From a virus, in the IMG/VR virus record IMGVR_UViG_3300042562_001017, positions 17,086 through 81,085 of that record: a DNA stretch of 64,000 nucleotides. The stretch is one strand, 5' to 3'. The translations under genes and the position numbers were made by a program. Positions 37,493-50,000 of this stretch are shown one piece after another; position 1 is the stretch's first letter, and each line of letters opens with the position of its first letter. The notes beneath the pieces were generated by a model. The model searched no databases. It was not told the DNA's origin and was given only the letters and a program-made list of their open reading frames with translations.

Positions 37493-39406
37493 ATGGCTAT
37501 AAATTGGAATCAGGCGGAATATGTCGCACCAAAACTACAGATTGTTCCAGAACAACTACCTTTAGAAGCAGGTATTAAAGTAGGAGAAGTCTTACAAAAT
37601 CGTTATGATAAAGCTATCGAAACAGATACAAAAATCGGAGCACTTACAAAAAAATTAATGGGGTCAATTGACCCAAAAGACCAAGAGTTAGCAAAAGAAA
37701 TTACAGATACTTATTCTGCACGTCTTAAAGATAGAGCAACAACTGGAGATTATCACAAAATGCAATGGCAAACATTAGCTGATGCTGAAGATTTTGCTAA
37801 CATCTATACAGGTTTAACTGAAAAAGCTAAAACTATGCAAAAGTATAGAGATTATATTGATACTAATAAAGATGTTATTGACCCTAGAGTTAAAGCTTAT
37901 CAAAAAGCAGAATGGGAAAAAGCTCAAGGAAAATCAACATTTGATAAAGAAAATAGATTTGTTAGTGGATTAGGTGTATCTGCTCCTAGTTTAGTAGCTG
38001 ATACTGATTTTGCTAAATTTGCAGATAGTTTTGCTAGTGGTTTTAAAGCAGATTCTGGTGGTGGTAAAAAAGGTAAAACTATATTTACTAAGCCTGGAGA
38101 TAAGTTATCAGATGGAACTATATCTGCTGGAGGTGCTTACAATGAAATTAGTGCAAACAAATGGGAAAAAGTAAAAGATACTGATATTATTAAAGCACTT
38201 GATGATTATGCTGCTGCTAGTCCTAGTTTACAAGCTACAATAGATAGAGATACTAAAGCTAGTGTATATTATGAACCTTTGCGTGAAGGAGAAACTTTAG
38301 AGCAAAGACGAGAAATGGTTAAACGTGATAATATGAGTAGAGCTTGGAATGCTGCTGCTAATAAATTTGGTTATACTAATAGTTATAGTGATGTTCAAAG
38401 CGAATACAATACTGAATTAAATGCTTCTTTAGCTGCAAAAAATAAAGTAAATGCTCCAACAGTAGTTAATTCTTTAGCTGATTCTTATGGTAAAGACGGT
38501 TCTGTTTTAAGAAGAGCACTTGTTAACGGTCTTGAAGGTGAAGCAGGTTCTTTATATAATATAAAATCATGGGTTAAAAATGAATTAAAAACAAGTTCTG
38601 CATCAGAAAAAAGTAATTATCAAAATTTAAACAATGCATTAGATAAAATAAAAGATTTATCTCCAGAAGAACAAAAAAGTTTAGCTAATTATTTTCAAAT
38701 GGATATAGGTGATGCATTGACATCATTAGATGAAAAGTCTTCTTTAGATTCACCTAAAGTAAAATCGCTTTTTAAAGAATTAAATAAACATATTGGGGCA
38801 ACAATATCTTTAGATACTGAAATAGAAAGAAGATATAATAAAGCAAGTAAAGAAAATGTTGGGTTTCAAAACGTAAATATGTTAGTCCCACATTATAATA
38901 ATGCAGAAGAAATAAATCAGTTAAATACATGGATGAAAACCTCATTAAGTAATAACGATTTTAAACAATTTAAAGGTAAACTTGAACCTGAAGCAGATTA
39001 TCAAATTAGTAAAGTAACTGACAGACCATTAGGTAATGGAACAGGTATTGTTATAGAACTAAAAGACAATAAAACAAATAAAACTGTTTTAGTTGAACCT
39101 AAAGATGATAGGTTGTTAGTTGCTTTAGAAAAAAGTTTTCCTGGAATAAGTACTATGAATTCGTTTAAAAATACTTCTGATTTTAGTCAAGGAGAAAGAA
39201 AAAGTATAAACACTATTTTAGAAGAAAATCAAATTGGAAATACAGGAATGCCTGCTGGGCAAGGAGAATTAGAAATTCAATATGGTATTAATCCTGAAAC
39301 TAAAGAAAAATCTAATAGATATTATTTAATTACTCCTTCAGGAAGACCTGTTAAAGATGAAAACGGAAACATTAAACAATCAACTTCGTATATAGATTTA
39401 TTATAA
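37493..39406 (+). CDS. virion cargo protein
   Basis: The track start at 37430 lies in the terminator, so ATG 37493 is more plausible; synteny. Confidence 0.7.
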   Translation: MAINWNQAEYVAPKLQIVPEQLPLEAGIKVGEVLQNRYDKAIETDTKIGALTKKLMGSIDPKDQELAKEITDTYSARLKDRATTGDYHKMQWQTLADAEDFANIYTGLTEKAKTMQKYRDYIDTNKDVIDPRVKAYQKAEWEKAQGKSTFDKENRFVSGLGVSAPSLVADTDFAKFADSFASGFKADSGGGKKGKTIFTKPGDKLSDGTISAGGAYNEISANKWEKVKDTDIIKALDDYAAASPSLQATIDRDTKASVYYEPLREGETLEQRREMVKRDNMSRAWNAAANKFGYTNSYSDVQSEYNTELNASLAAKNKVNAPTVVNSLADSYGKDGSVLRRALVNGLEGEAGSLYNIKSWVKNELKTSSASEKSNYQNLNNALDKIKDLSPEEQKSLANYFQMDIGDALTSLDEKSSLDSPKVKSLFKELNKHIGATISLDTEIERRYNKASKENVGFQNVNMLVPHYNNAEEINQLNTWMKTSLSNNDFKQFKGKLEPEADYQISKVTDRPLGNGTGIVIELKDNKTNKTVLVEPKDDRLLVALEKSFPGISTMNSFKNTSDFSQGERKSINTILEENQIGNTGMPAGQGELEIQYGINPETKEKSNRYYLITPSGRPVKDENGNIKQSTSYIDLL

Positions 39407-39407
39407 T

Positions 39408-42400
39408 ATGCCATTTACTAAAAATCAAAATGGAGAATTAGTTTATGTTGAAAGTGCTTCTCCAATAAATGCACAACTAGAGAACATAAGAGGTGTAGAC
39501 TTAAGAAAATACGAACCTTATATAGGAGGTGAATCTGAATATATTAAAGGACCATATGACCAAAAAAGTTGGAATGATGAAAGAGCAGAAGGTCAATCAT
39601 CTATATCTAAAATAGGTAATACTTTAGGTCAAGGATTAGGTACTTTCTTAACTGCAACTTTAAGTACTGCTGGTACATTAGCAGGAGCAGGTGCTGGAGC
39701 AATAGGTCAAATAGGTGATGCTATAACTGGTGAAGATAATACTGATTTTATGGATACAATGTTAAACAATCCATTAAATCAAAGTATTAGTGAGTTAGAT
39801 AAATACATTAAAGAAGATTTGCTTCCTACATATTATACTCAAGAACAACAAGAAAGTTTAATAAGTGCAGCTACAGGTACAGAACTAGTTAACGGTTTAG
39901 GTTTTATGTTATCTGCAATGATACCTGGAGCAGGTATTACCAAAGCTTTAGGTGGAATAAGTAAGTTAGGTACAATGGCTAAACTTGGTACATTAGAAGC
40001 TAATGTTGCTAAATCAATAGCTATGGGTGCTATGAAAGCTGAAACTGGTCAAGTCGCATTAGCTTTAGGTAAATTTATGTCTAAAGTTCCTTCTGTTACT
40101 GGAGCAGTTGTAGGTAGAATTGGTGAATCAGCAATGGAAGCTAATCAAACTTATGAGTCATTAATTGCAGAAGGAATTGATGAAGAAACTGCTAAAAGAC
40201 AAAGAGATAATGTTTTTTATGGTAACATGGCTTTAGCTGTAAGTGACGTTGCTCAGTACACAAGATGGTTTAAACCAAATCCTTTTGAACGTATTATAAA
40301 AAATACTGCTGAAAAAGGAATAGGTTATGCAGTAAAACAAGTTGGTAAAAAAGAAGCTATATCAGAAATATTAAAAGAATCTAGTCAAGAAGCAGGTGAA
40401 GAAGGTATTCAATTCCTTTTACAAAAAGGTGCAGAAAAAGCAGCTAAAGAACCTGGAAAATATAGTTTTGGTACTGGAGTATTAGGTTCTATGAATGAAT
40501 TGTTTACAACAGTAGAAGGTCAAAAGTCTATGTTGCTTGGAGCAGTTCTTGGTGGAGGTGTAGGAACTATATTAAAAGGAGTAAACTCTAAACAAGTTAA
40601 TGCTCAATTGCAATCTACTGTTGATGAGTTAAATGCTAATCCTACTTTTAGTAGTGAAAAATTTATTAAAAATACTGAAGGTAAATATATTTTAAATCCT
40701 GAGTTTGTAAAAGCTCAAACTGTATATGCTAATTTAGAAACTAAACGTGAAGAAGCTATTGCTAAAGGAGATTTAGAATCTGCTGAATTAATTGATAAAC
40801 TTCAATTTAATAATTTAGTTGCTTCAAGAGTACAAGCTAATAAATTTGATGATTTAATTGAAGAGTTAGAAGTAATGGGTAAAGCTACTGATGTTGAATT
40901 AGAACAATATTTTGGTCAAGTACCTACTGATAAACAAGGTAATAAAATGTCAGCTTCACAAATAGCAACTACTAAAATTGAAGAAGCTAAAGCATTAAAA
41001 AGAAATATTGAATCTTTAAGGTTAATTCCTCAATTTCAAAATTTATCTACTCCAGCATTTAATTTATTAACTGAAACTACTATACGTCAAGATGCTATTA
41101 ATAGACAAATTCAAGATGTAGATAAACAATTATCTAATATTGCTCCTGATTTTACAACAGGAGAATTAACTCCACCTAATAAAGTTAGGTTAGACAGTTT
41201 AACTGAAACTAGAAAAGCTTTAGTTGACCAATACACTAGTTTAAATAAAACTCTTGAACTTTTTACAGCTAAACCTGAAAAATTAGAAAAGAAAGCAGAT
41301 GAAATTGCTGAAAAAACTAATAAAGCTTTTGAGAAAAAAATAGATGATGAGATTAAAACATCTATTGAAGCAGATGAAGTTATAGAAAATGGAATAAAAA
41401 ACGGTACACCTATTATTATTAAGAATGCTGATGGAACTACTAAAACAGTTACCTATCAAGATGGAAATTATGTTGAGCAAGACGGTATATTTGTAGAAGA
41501 AATTGAAGTTAAGCAAGGAGTTATTAATGAACTTAATGAACAAAATAGTGCTGACGTTATAGATAATGATATAGATGATGTAGAAGAAAGTACTATTAAC
41601 TATAGTATTAAAAAACCAAACATTCATTCTTCTTCAATTCAAGGTCATAACTTTAAGAAAAATAGTGATGGAACTATTGATAGAACAGAAAAGCAAAAAG
41701 AAACTACTGTTGCAGGTAAAATTATATATCAATTAAATGGATTGTTTAAAAGATTTATAGAGTATTCTTCTAAAGCTTTAAATACACCTTTAGTTAGAAA
41801 AGCTACTTCAGAACCAACTATTTATAGTTTTGTAGCTACTATTGGAGAAGTTACAGATGAAGAATTAAATTCTATAAATAGTGATAGAGCATTCTTTGCT
41901 AAAGAAAATAATGTAAGTTTACCTCCAGTAACTAGAGAAGACTTAATGTCAAATCCTGCATTTATTCCAATAAGTTTACAATTACAAGCTAATGGTAAAA
42001 ATGTTGGTGGTGCTGTTACTCGTATGCATAATCCTGATTACATATACAGAACTCAAGAGTTTGATGCTATTATGGAAAATGAAAATATTGTTGATAAACA
42101 AGGAGCTATTGATAGTTTGTTAGAACAATATACTACTTATAGAAAACAATTAATTGATAAAATTAAAACAGGTCAAAAAGTAAATTTACTTGTTGATACT
42201 AAATCTGGAGGAATAATGAATGTTACTCCTATGATTGATGGTAAAATGCAAGTTAATCCTATTACTGATACTTTTAAACATATTAATGAATATGAATCTG
42301 GACTTTATGTAGATAATGTACAACTAATGCCTAATGGTATAGGTGTTGTAACAGAAATTGATGAAAAAGGAAATGGTATTATTGAGTTTTCTAATGGTAA

Positions 42401-44051
42401 TAAAGGAATTGTAGCTAATGCTAATTTAGGAGAAATGATATTTCAAACTATTGATGCTGGAGCTAACATAGTTAACATTAGAGCTTTATCTAAAAATAAA
42501 TTATCAGACGAACAACTTAACAATTTAGTAGATTTAATATATTATAAACTATCAACAGGAGAAAATACTATAACTGTTAATGGTAAAGAGCAAACTATAG
42601 TTGGTAATCAATCTGTTGGTAGAGGTATAGTAGATAGTTTAATTCTAATTGCAGCTAGACAAAATAAAGAAAAACAGATATTCTTTAAAAAGAATGGAAG
42701 TTTAGTTGTTGGTAGAAAAGAATTTACTTTTGAAAATAGTCCTGAAGTTGTTAAACAAGCTATATATGAAACATTATTGGCTGGTAATAATGAAGTTAAC
42801 TTTAAAAAAGATATAAAACCTGATTCTGATTTTATGCTTCCTGCATTGATTGATGGAGAATGGAAAGGTAAAACTACAACATATAATGATTATATTTTTG
42901 GTGGAGAAAATCCTTTAATTGGAACTTTTGTAGATAGTGAAACTCCATTTATTAATAGTTACTATGGTTATAAAATGGATGAAAACGGATATGTTACTGA
43001 CCCAATTGAAGAAACAAAACCTGAACCTATATATGTTATAGATGTTGATTTTGATGATGAAGGAAGAGCTATGCCTACATATAGTACTGAACCAGAAGTT
43101 AAAGTTGTTACAGATGCTAAAGCTGATATAGAAAGAAGAAGGCAAGAAGAATTAAATAAAGAAACTCCCATAAAAAACGAAAATATAACTGTAAATGATG
43201 GGACAAATAATTTAATATTTAAAATTATAACTTATAAAGATGGAAGTACACTAGTTAGGCACATAAAGACAAATGAAACTACAGCAGATAACGCAAGTAA
43301 AAATTTCCAAAGTTACCCCACATTAGAAGATTTTCAAAATTTACTTAAATATGATTTTGATGAAAATGCAAAAATTATAAAGACAGAACTTGTAAAGGAT
43401 GATTATACTGATAAACAATCACAAGACATTAAAGCTGCTAAAGAAAAAACAATCAATGCTAAATATGATGCAGAACTAGCTGCTTTAGAAAGTAAAGTTG
43501 TAACACCTGTACAAAAAACTAATATAGAAAAAAGAATTAACGATACTATATCAAAAGTATTTGGGTCTGAATCTTTATTTAATTTTGATACAAATCAACC
43601 AGGTAAAATTGTTGAAGGTGAATTTATACCTGATAATTTAGGTTCTCAAATATTTGAGGCTATGAATAAAACTCTTAAAGGTGAAGTAGTACAAACAAAT
43701 AAAATAGAAGCTGGAAAATTATTTAAAGAATACGCTAAAACTGTACATCCTGATAAAAATACACAATCTGAAGAACGTCAAATTATAGCTGAAGCATTTT
43801 TTAAAGCAATGCAAACAGCTAAAGAACAAGGAAGAGTTGATATATTAAATGAATTAAAAACTAAATTTGATACAGAACTAGCAGCTTTAGAAAGTAAACC
43901 TGAAACAGTTGACAATTCTGAAATTATTAAGATTCAAGAAGATATGAAACAAGATGCAGATGAATCTATTAGTGATTGTAATGGAAAAACTCCTGCTTTA
44001 CCTGATGGTAAAAATTTAAGTGGAAAAGCAAATAAATACAAAAAGAAATAA
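39408..44051 (+). CDS. large ejection/cargo protein with a C-terminal J-domain-like cassette
   Basis: G/A-rich membrane-like N-terminus, EAGEEGIQ motif, coiled coils; HPD at 43746-43754. Confidence 0.8.
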   Translation: MPFTKNQNGELVYVESASPINAQLENIRGVDLRKYEPYIGGESEYIKGPYDQKSWNDERAEGQSSISKIGNTLGQGLGTFLTATLSTAGTLAGAGAGAIGQIGDAITGEDNTDFMDTMLNNPLNQSISELDKYIKEDLLPTYYTQEQQESLISAATGTELVNGLGFMLSAMIPGAGITKALGGISKLGTMAKLGTLEANVAKSIAMGAMKAETGQVALALGKFMSKVPSVTGAVVGRIGESAMEANQTYESLIAEGIDEETAKRQRDNVFYGNMALAVSDVAQYTRWFKPNPFERIIKNTAEKGIGYAVKQVGKKEAISEILKESSQEAGEEGIQFLLQKGAEKAAKEPGKYSFGTGVLGSMNELFTTVEGQKSMLLGAVLGGGVGTILKGVNSKQVNAQLQSTVDELNANPTFSSEKFIKNTEGKYILNPEFVKAQTVYANLETKREEAIAKGDLESAELIDKLQFNNLVASRVQANKFDDLIEELEVMGKATDVELEQYFGQVPTDKQGNKMSASQIATTKIEEAKALKRNIESLRLIPQFQNLSTPAFNLLTETTIRQDAINRQIQDVDKQLSNIAPDFTTGELTPPNKVRLDSLTETRKALVDQYTSLNKTLELFTAKPEKLEKKADEIAEKTNKAFEKKIDDEIKTSIEADEVIENGIKNGTPIIIKNADGTTKTVTYQDGNYVEQDGIFVEEIEVKQGVINELNEQNSADVIDNDIDDVEESTINYSIKKPNIHSSSIQGHNFKKNSDGTIDRTEKQKETTVAGKIIYQLNGLFKRFIEYSSKALNTPLVRKATSEPTIYSFVATIGEVTDEELNSINSDRAFFAKENNVSLPPVTREDLMSNPAFIPISLQLQANGKNVGGAVTRMHNPDYIYRTQEFDAIMENENIVDKQGAIDSLLEQYTTYRKQLIDKIKTGQKVNLLVDTKSGGIMNVTPMIDGKMQVNPITDTFKHINEYESGLYVDNVQLMPNGIGVVTEIDEKGNGIIEFSNGNKGIVANANLGEMIFQTIDAGANIVNIRALSKNKLSDEQLNNLVDLIYYKLSTGENTITVNGKEQTIVGNQSVGRGIVDSLILIAARQNKEKQIFFKKNGSLVVGRKEFTFENSPEVVKQAIYETLLAGNNEVNFKKDIKPDSDFMLPALIDGEWKGKTTTYNDYIFGGENPLIGTFVDSETPFINSYYGYKMDENGYVTDPIEETKPEPIYVIDVDFDDEGRAMPTYSTEPEVKVVTDAKADIERRRQEELNKETPIKNENITVNDGTNNLIFKIITYKDGSTLVRHIKTNETTADNASKNFQSYPTLEDFQNLLKYDFDENAKIIKTELVKDDYTDKQSQDIKAAKEKTINAKYDAELAALESKVVTPVQKTNIEKRINDTISKVFGSESLFNFDTNQPGKIVEGEFIPDNLGSQIFEAMNKTLKGEVVQTNKIEAGKLFKEYAKTVHPDKNTQSEERQIIAEAFFKAMQTAKEQGRVDILNELKTKFDTELAALESKPETVDNSEIIKIQEDMKQDADESISDCNGKTPALPDGKNLSGKANKYKKK
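43459..43898 (+). repeat. 38-bp intragenic direct repeat (43459-43496 and 43861-43898, 35/38 identical)
   Basis: Encodes K[YF]DxELAALESK twice. Confidence 0.85.
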
Positions 44052-44052
44052 T

Positions 44053-44060
44053 TATCTTTG
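44053..44060 (+). promoter_or_regulatory. Bacteroidota -7 box TATCTTTG
   Basis: 6 nt before ATG 44067. Confidence 0.55.
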
Positions 44061-44066
44061 TATCGT

Positions 44067-47000
44067 ATGTCAAAATCTTGTATAGACCCAAACTTACCTC
44101 AAGTGAGGCAGTTTGTAAAAAAAATGCAACCTACATTTAGCAGTTTTCTAAATGATACTCAAATAGTAGGTTTATTAAACAATTGGTTAGATGATAATCA
44201 AACTTCATCATTTCCTACTGCGGAAGAACTAATTGCGTTTTATTATAAAAAAACAGAGTCTGTACCTGACATAGAGAATATTTTAGATATACTCCAATCA
44301 TTATATTTTGAGTGGATAATGGATTTTTCTGAATCTCCAGTTATTACTCGTAAAATTATTAATGAATATAGTGCTGATGTATTAGAAACTTTGCCTCAAT
44401 TTTTGAGAGATGAAGGAATGAATCACATTGCTGATAACTTTAAAGAATACATTCAGTTATTAAATGCTACTAGATTTCAACATCTTTCTGTTCCTATTGA
44501 TGATAGTTTTGATGAAGATTCTAATTCTAAAGATAAGATAGGAGAGTTTTCTTCTAACATGGTTGATTTAATGGCTAGAGGTTCTGATGAAGTTCAGTAT
44601 CTTTTTGCTTCATTAAAAAGTGATGAAATGACTTATGGTTTAGCTAGACCAATAAATTCTAATTATGTATGGGGAGTTGTTAGTAATTTATTAGCTAATA
44701 GCGTTAGTTATCCTGAAGGCATACAAATATTACAAGCAAATTCTTATAAATATCCTTTTATTAATCAAATTTTAGATAGATTAGGTGTTAATGGTAATGA
44801 TATAGCTTATTCATCTTTACAAGATTCATTTGCTGAATCATTTAACAAAGCTAATTATGATATAACTGTTGCACAAGTTGGTGAAAAACAATCATACAGT
44901 GAAGTTGATATGAAAACTAAAAATAGTTTAATCAATCAATTTAAATCTAATTTTAGAACTTCTAAATATGCTAAAAAATTAAGTGGTAAAACTGTAGTTA
45001 ATTATGAAGCTATTAAAGATATGTTAGTAGATAAACCTACTTCAGAACAAAGTCTAGCTTTATTAAATGCAATGGGTATTCCTTTAACAGAATTGCCTTC
45101 TTATTTAGAATTACCTGCTAGTTATATAATGGCGTTTGTTAAAAAACATCCTAATATTGAATGGTTAGATGAAGGTTTTGGTAGAGATACTGAAAGAGGT
45201 AATTTAGATAAAATATTAAGTTATTTAGTTAGCAAAGAAAAAGAAGTAATTAGAACTTCTGTTAGAAATGCAGAAGGAGAAACTATCAATACTAACTCTA
45301 ATCATAATTATTTTAGTAGATTATTTAATGGTTTAAAAAGTCTTACTAAAAGAAATTTATTTGAAAATATGTTAGTTAGTGCATTAAAACCTAATATATC
45401 TTCAGGATTAAAAGAACGTAATGGAAGTGAATCTAAAAACTTTAACAAGTTAACTTTAGGTGAAATTTATCTTACTAAGATAAACAACATGTTTAGTTCA
45501 GAACCTTCTATAAATATTCCAGTTACTTCAGATAAAACATTAGTTAGAAGTTTAAAATTTACTAAACCTCTTAGCGGTAATCAAGAAGAATATTATAATG
45601 GTTATATGGCTTATACTGCTATTGGACCTAAATTATATACTAGATTATTTGAAGCTTATCAAAGAGATACAGTTAGTAATTTTCATCCTGATTGGAAATA
45701 TGGTGCAGAAAACCCTATTGATTTTTGGCATGGTAGAGGAGAAGTTGAAGGTGTGTTAGGAATTGTAACTAAACCTTTAAATAAAGAAGAATTTAAAACT
45801 GCTTTTCAAAAATGGTTAGCTTTTCAACAAGGTGAGTTAAAAAAATCATTAGTTTCTAGCGGAGCAATTGTAATGGAAAACGGTAATCCTATTCCTAAAT
45901 TTGTTATGCCTAAAATTAGTGAACCTAATTTTATAACTAAATTAAATACTACATTAGATTTAATTAATTTTAATGAGTTTTTATTTGGTGTAGAAATTAC
46001 TCAAGAAATGTATGGTTCAATGGTAGCTGTTAAACCTGATAACTTTTTTAAACGTAATGCTGGAGGTGTAGCTGAAGGTAGACAAGTTAGAGTTGATGCT
46101 GCTAGAGATACTATTGTTCAAAACGATAGGTCTAATCTTCCTATTCCTATGAATTATCCTATTAATAAAATTAAAGTAATGATTCATGCTGAAACTATGG
46201 CTTCGTCTAATGATGAAGATTTAAAAAAGTTTCATCCTGGATATAGAGATGATGCTATTAATGTAGATGATGCTCAAGGTACTATGCCTTTAGAAATATA
46301 TAGAGAAGTTTTAAGTAGAGCTTCTCAATGGAGTGATGCTCAAGAACAAGCTTTTCAAAAATTAATAAAAGGTCAAAAATTAGGAAAAGAATATAAAGGT
46401 ATATTTCCTCCTATAAAACCTGTAGGTTATTCTTTAGTTACTGTTAAAGGTAAAAACGGAATAGAATATAAAGTTCCTGTATATATTAAGACTTCGGTTT
46501 ACCCTATATTTCAAAGTGATGTTGTTGGAACATTAAATGAAGATAAGTATAATTTAATGAGAGAAAAAGGTATAGGATTAGTTATACCTAAAAGCGGAAT
46601 TAAAATGGCTAACCCTAAAGAGTTACGTGATTTATTTAAAGATGGAACTATAGATTTTAATGAATCTGCAATTGTAGATTTTCCTATGGAAGATTTTAGA
46701 ATTCAGTTAGACATTAATCAAAAAACAAGTTCTCGTCAATTACAAGGAACTCAGCAACGTAAGTTAGTTTATATGGATTTGTTTGAGAATGGAGAAGCTA
46801 CTGACCCTCAATACAAACAATGGTTAGACGAAAATATTGAAACATTAAAAGAAATTTCTAAAATTGAAGAAGATAAATTAAATGATAAAGCTGGTATAGT
46901 TAACGGAGAAATAACTAATTATAAAAAATTAGTTGATATGTTAAATCAAGAATTACTTTCTAGAAACTTACCTGTTAACATTATTGAGGCTATAAAAACT

Positions 47001-50000
47001 ATTATTGACGAGGGAGGAAACTTGCTTCATCCTATTGATGGTATGCCTTCAAGACAAAAGTTAATGAATTTACTTAACTCTATAGTTACTAATAAATTAA
47101 TTAAACTTTATACTCATGGTTCTGCTTTAGTACAAGTATCTCAACATGGTTGGGAATTAAAACCAGGAAGTACTGTAGATACTAAAACATCTATTGATTT
47201 TGTTAGTGATACTCATAAACAAGATTATATAGATAATAATGGATTAAAGTTTTTATCTTTAGGTAAAAATACTGGAGCTGCTCAAATTATTCTTCCTGCT
47301 AAATACAAAGAATTTGTAAGAAAAGGAGAAGATGGTAAATATATTATTGATGATAAAAGATGTTTAATTAATATAGGTTATCGTATTCCTACTCAAGGTC
47401 ATAACTCTATGCTTCATTTAGAAGTAGTAGGTTTCTTACCAGAACATTTTGACCAAATGATTATAATGCCTAGAGAAATTACTACTCAAGGTGGTTCTGA
47501 CTTTGACGTGGATAAAATGAATCTTTTTATACCTAATGTTAGAGAGGTAGATGGTAAATTAGTATTTGTTGATGAGTCTATTGATGGTGATGCTTTATGG
47601 AAAGCTGGTTATAAATCTGGTGATGAAGCTGGAGATAAATTATTAACTGCTATTTTTAATGATGTTACTTCTATTGAAGAAGAACCTGAAGAAATTGCAT
47701 CAAAAGAAGATTTTTTACAAAAATTAAGATTAGAAGTTCTTCAAAATAAATTAATTACTCAATCATTAAGAATATTAGAAGACCCTAAAGTTAGAGAACA
47801 ATTATTAACTCCTAACTCTGCTGATACATTAAAAGCTGAAGCTAACGAGTTAACTAAAGAGTTAACAAAAAGAAAATTACCTACTATTAAAATTGTTCCT
47901 ACTTGGAAAAATATGTTAAGTAGTAGAACATTAAGTGAAATTGCTAATCAAATGTCAGCAGCTAAAGCTTTAGTTGGAATATTTGCTCAACAAGTTACTA
48001 ATCATGTACTTGCTCAACAAGTAGGTTTGCATTTTAAATCAGGAAGACCTTTGTTTTTTGAACATAATACTGTTAACATAAATGGTAAAGAAGAAATATC
48101 ATTATCAGGAGTTAAAAGTAAAGATGGCAGTTATGTTATATCTAACATGTTAGGTAATGAATATTTAACTGCTGCTGTAGATGCTGCAAAAGAAGATTAT
48201 CTTTCTGAATTAGGAGTAACTTTAGCTACTGGAGATGTTACTGCTGCTTTTACTAGAGTAGGGGGAAATAATAAATACTTAAGATATTGGATTAAAAATC
48301 CTATAGTTCAAGAATACTTAAAAGAAGTTGAATTAAATAAATCTTTAATTGTTAAAGGTAAAGAAGCTAAAAGTAAAAAGAATATATTACAAAATATAAC
48401 TAAAAAATACAAAACTAGGTTAGAATATTTTGTAGATAAATATGATAATAATTCTGAAGAAGCTGCTAAAATGTTAGCTAGTAGAAGTAAAAGAACTATT
48501 AGCATTGATAATGTAAAAGCATTAGCTTTACGTGATAAAACAAATGATGAAATGTCAATTGATTTATTAAATGACTTTTTATATTTTGAGGATATGGCAA
48601 ATGTTATACGTCAAAATATAGCTAATACTTCTTTTGATGTTAAAGGTCCTGGTAAAGATATAGTTGAAACTAAATTACAACAATTAAGTTATGAGAATTT
48701 TATTAAAGGTATGGCTAACAATAAAGGTTATACTTTAGCTACTATTGTTAATAACGAACAAGCTCCTTATGAAAATTTAATACGTAATACAGTTCTTGAT
48801 GTGTTTTATCAAAAATCTTTTACTTTCGTACAATCTATATATAAGGATTTAGTTTTGTTACAAAAAAATGATTTTATAACAAGTATTGTTGATAATTTAA
48901 TAGTTCCTAGTGAGTATGTAACTAAAAAAGCTACTCCTGAAGAAGCTACTTTAATATACGGTAGTATAATTAACTATATTATTCAACAAAACAATCCTAT
49001 TAAAAACTCATTGTTTTATGGAGATAATACTTTAGCTAAAAGAATTCAAAAAATTCAAACTGACCCTACTAATGTTCTTTATAACAATTATATAGTTCAA
49101 TCTATTCAAGCTGAAGAATCAGGTAAAACTGATGTACCTTCACTTATAGGATTTAAAGATAAAAACATTAACTCTTTAGAAGCTAATTTCATAACTAAAT
49201 CTTTTGGTGAAATTAAAGAAATGAATAAAGAGTTATATGATGATATGATACTTGCTTCACTTTATCAATCAGGTGTAGTTCAATCTCCATTATCTTATTA
49301 TAGTTTAATTCCTTATAATGATATTTTACCTATTATTAATAAAGCTTTGTCTCAACAATCTGAAATCATAGGTAATCCTAAACAAGTTAATAATGCTATA
49401 ACTGAAGTATTATCTAATATTGGAGATAAATTAGATAACATTCAAAAAGTATTTTTAAAATCTTCTGATATATCTGGAGATTTAAATGGTACTGTAACTA
49501 TTGTTTCAGAAAAAAGTAGAGAAAAAGAATTTATTAGGTTAAGTGTAACTATGCCTGATGGAACTTCTAAAGTAGGTTTGTATGAAAAATACTATGGAGA
49601 TAAATATAAATTTGTACCTAGTAAAAACTATAGAACTTTATTCTACAATTTATCTTCAGAACAAGAAATAGAAAATGAAGAAGAAGATTTTATTGAAAAT
49701 GTAGATGAATTTGAAGATATGTCAATTAGAGAAGAAATAAACATTTATGCTGGTACAGGAGAAAATGCTGAGTTAAGTAATTTTGCTATTAGACCTTTTA
49801 CAACTAATGTAGAAACTTCTTCTGGTAATAAACAATATACTTTTCAATCTGTAGAACAAGGATTTCATTTTTATAAAGCAGTAATGGCTAATAATCCGCA
49901 AATAGCAGCACAAATTTTAAAAACTACTAATGGAGGAACATTAAGAAATTTAACAAATAGAAATAATCTTAAACTGACTCCTGAACAAGTTATAGAATGG

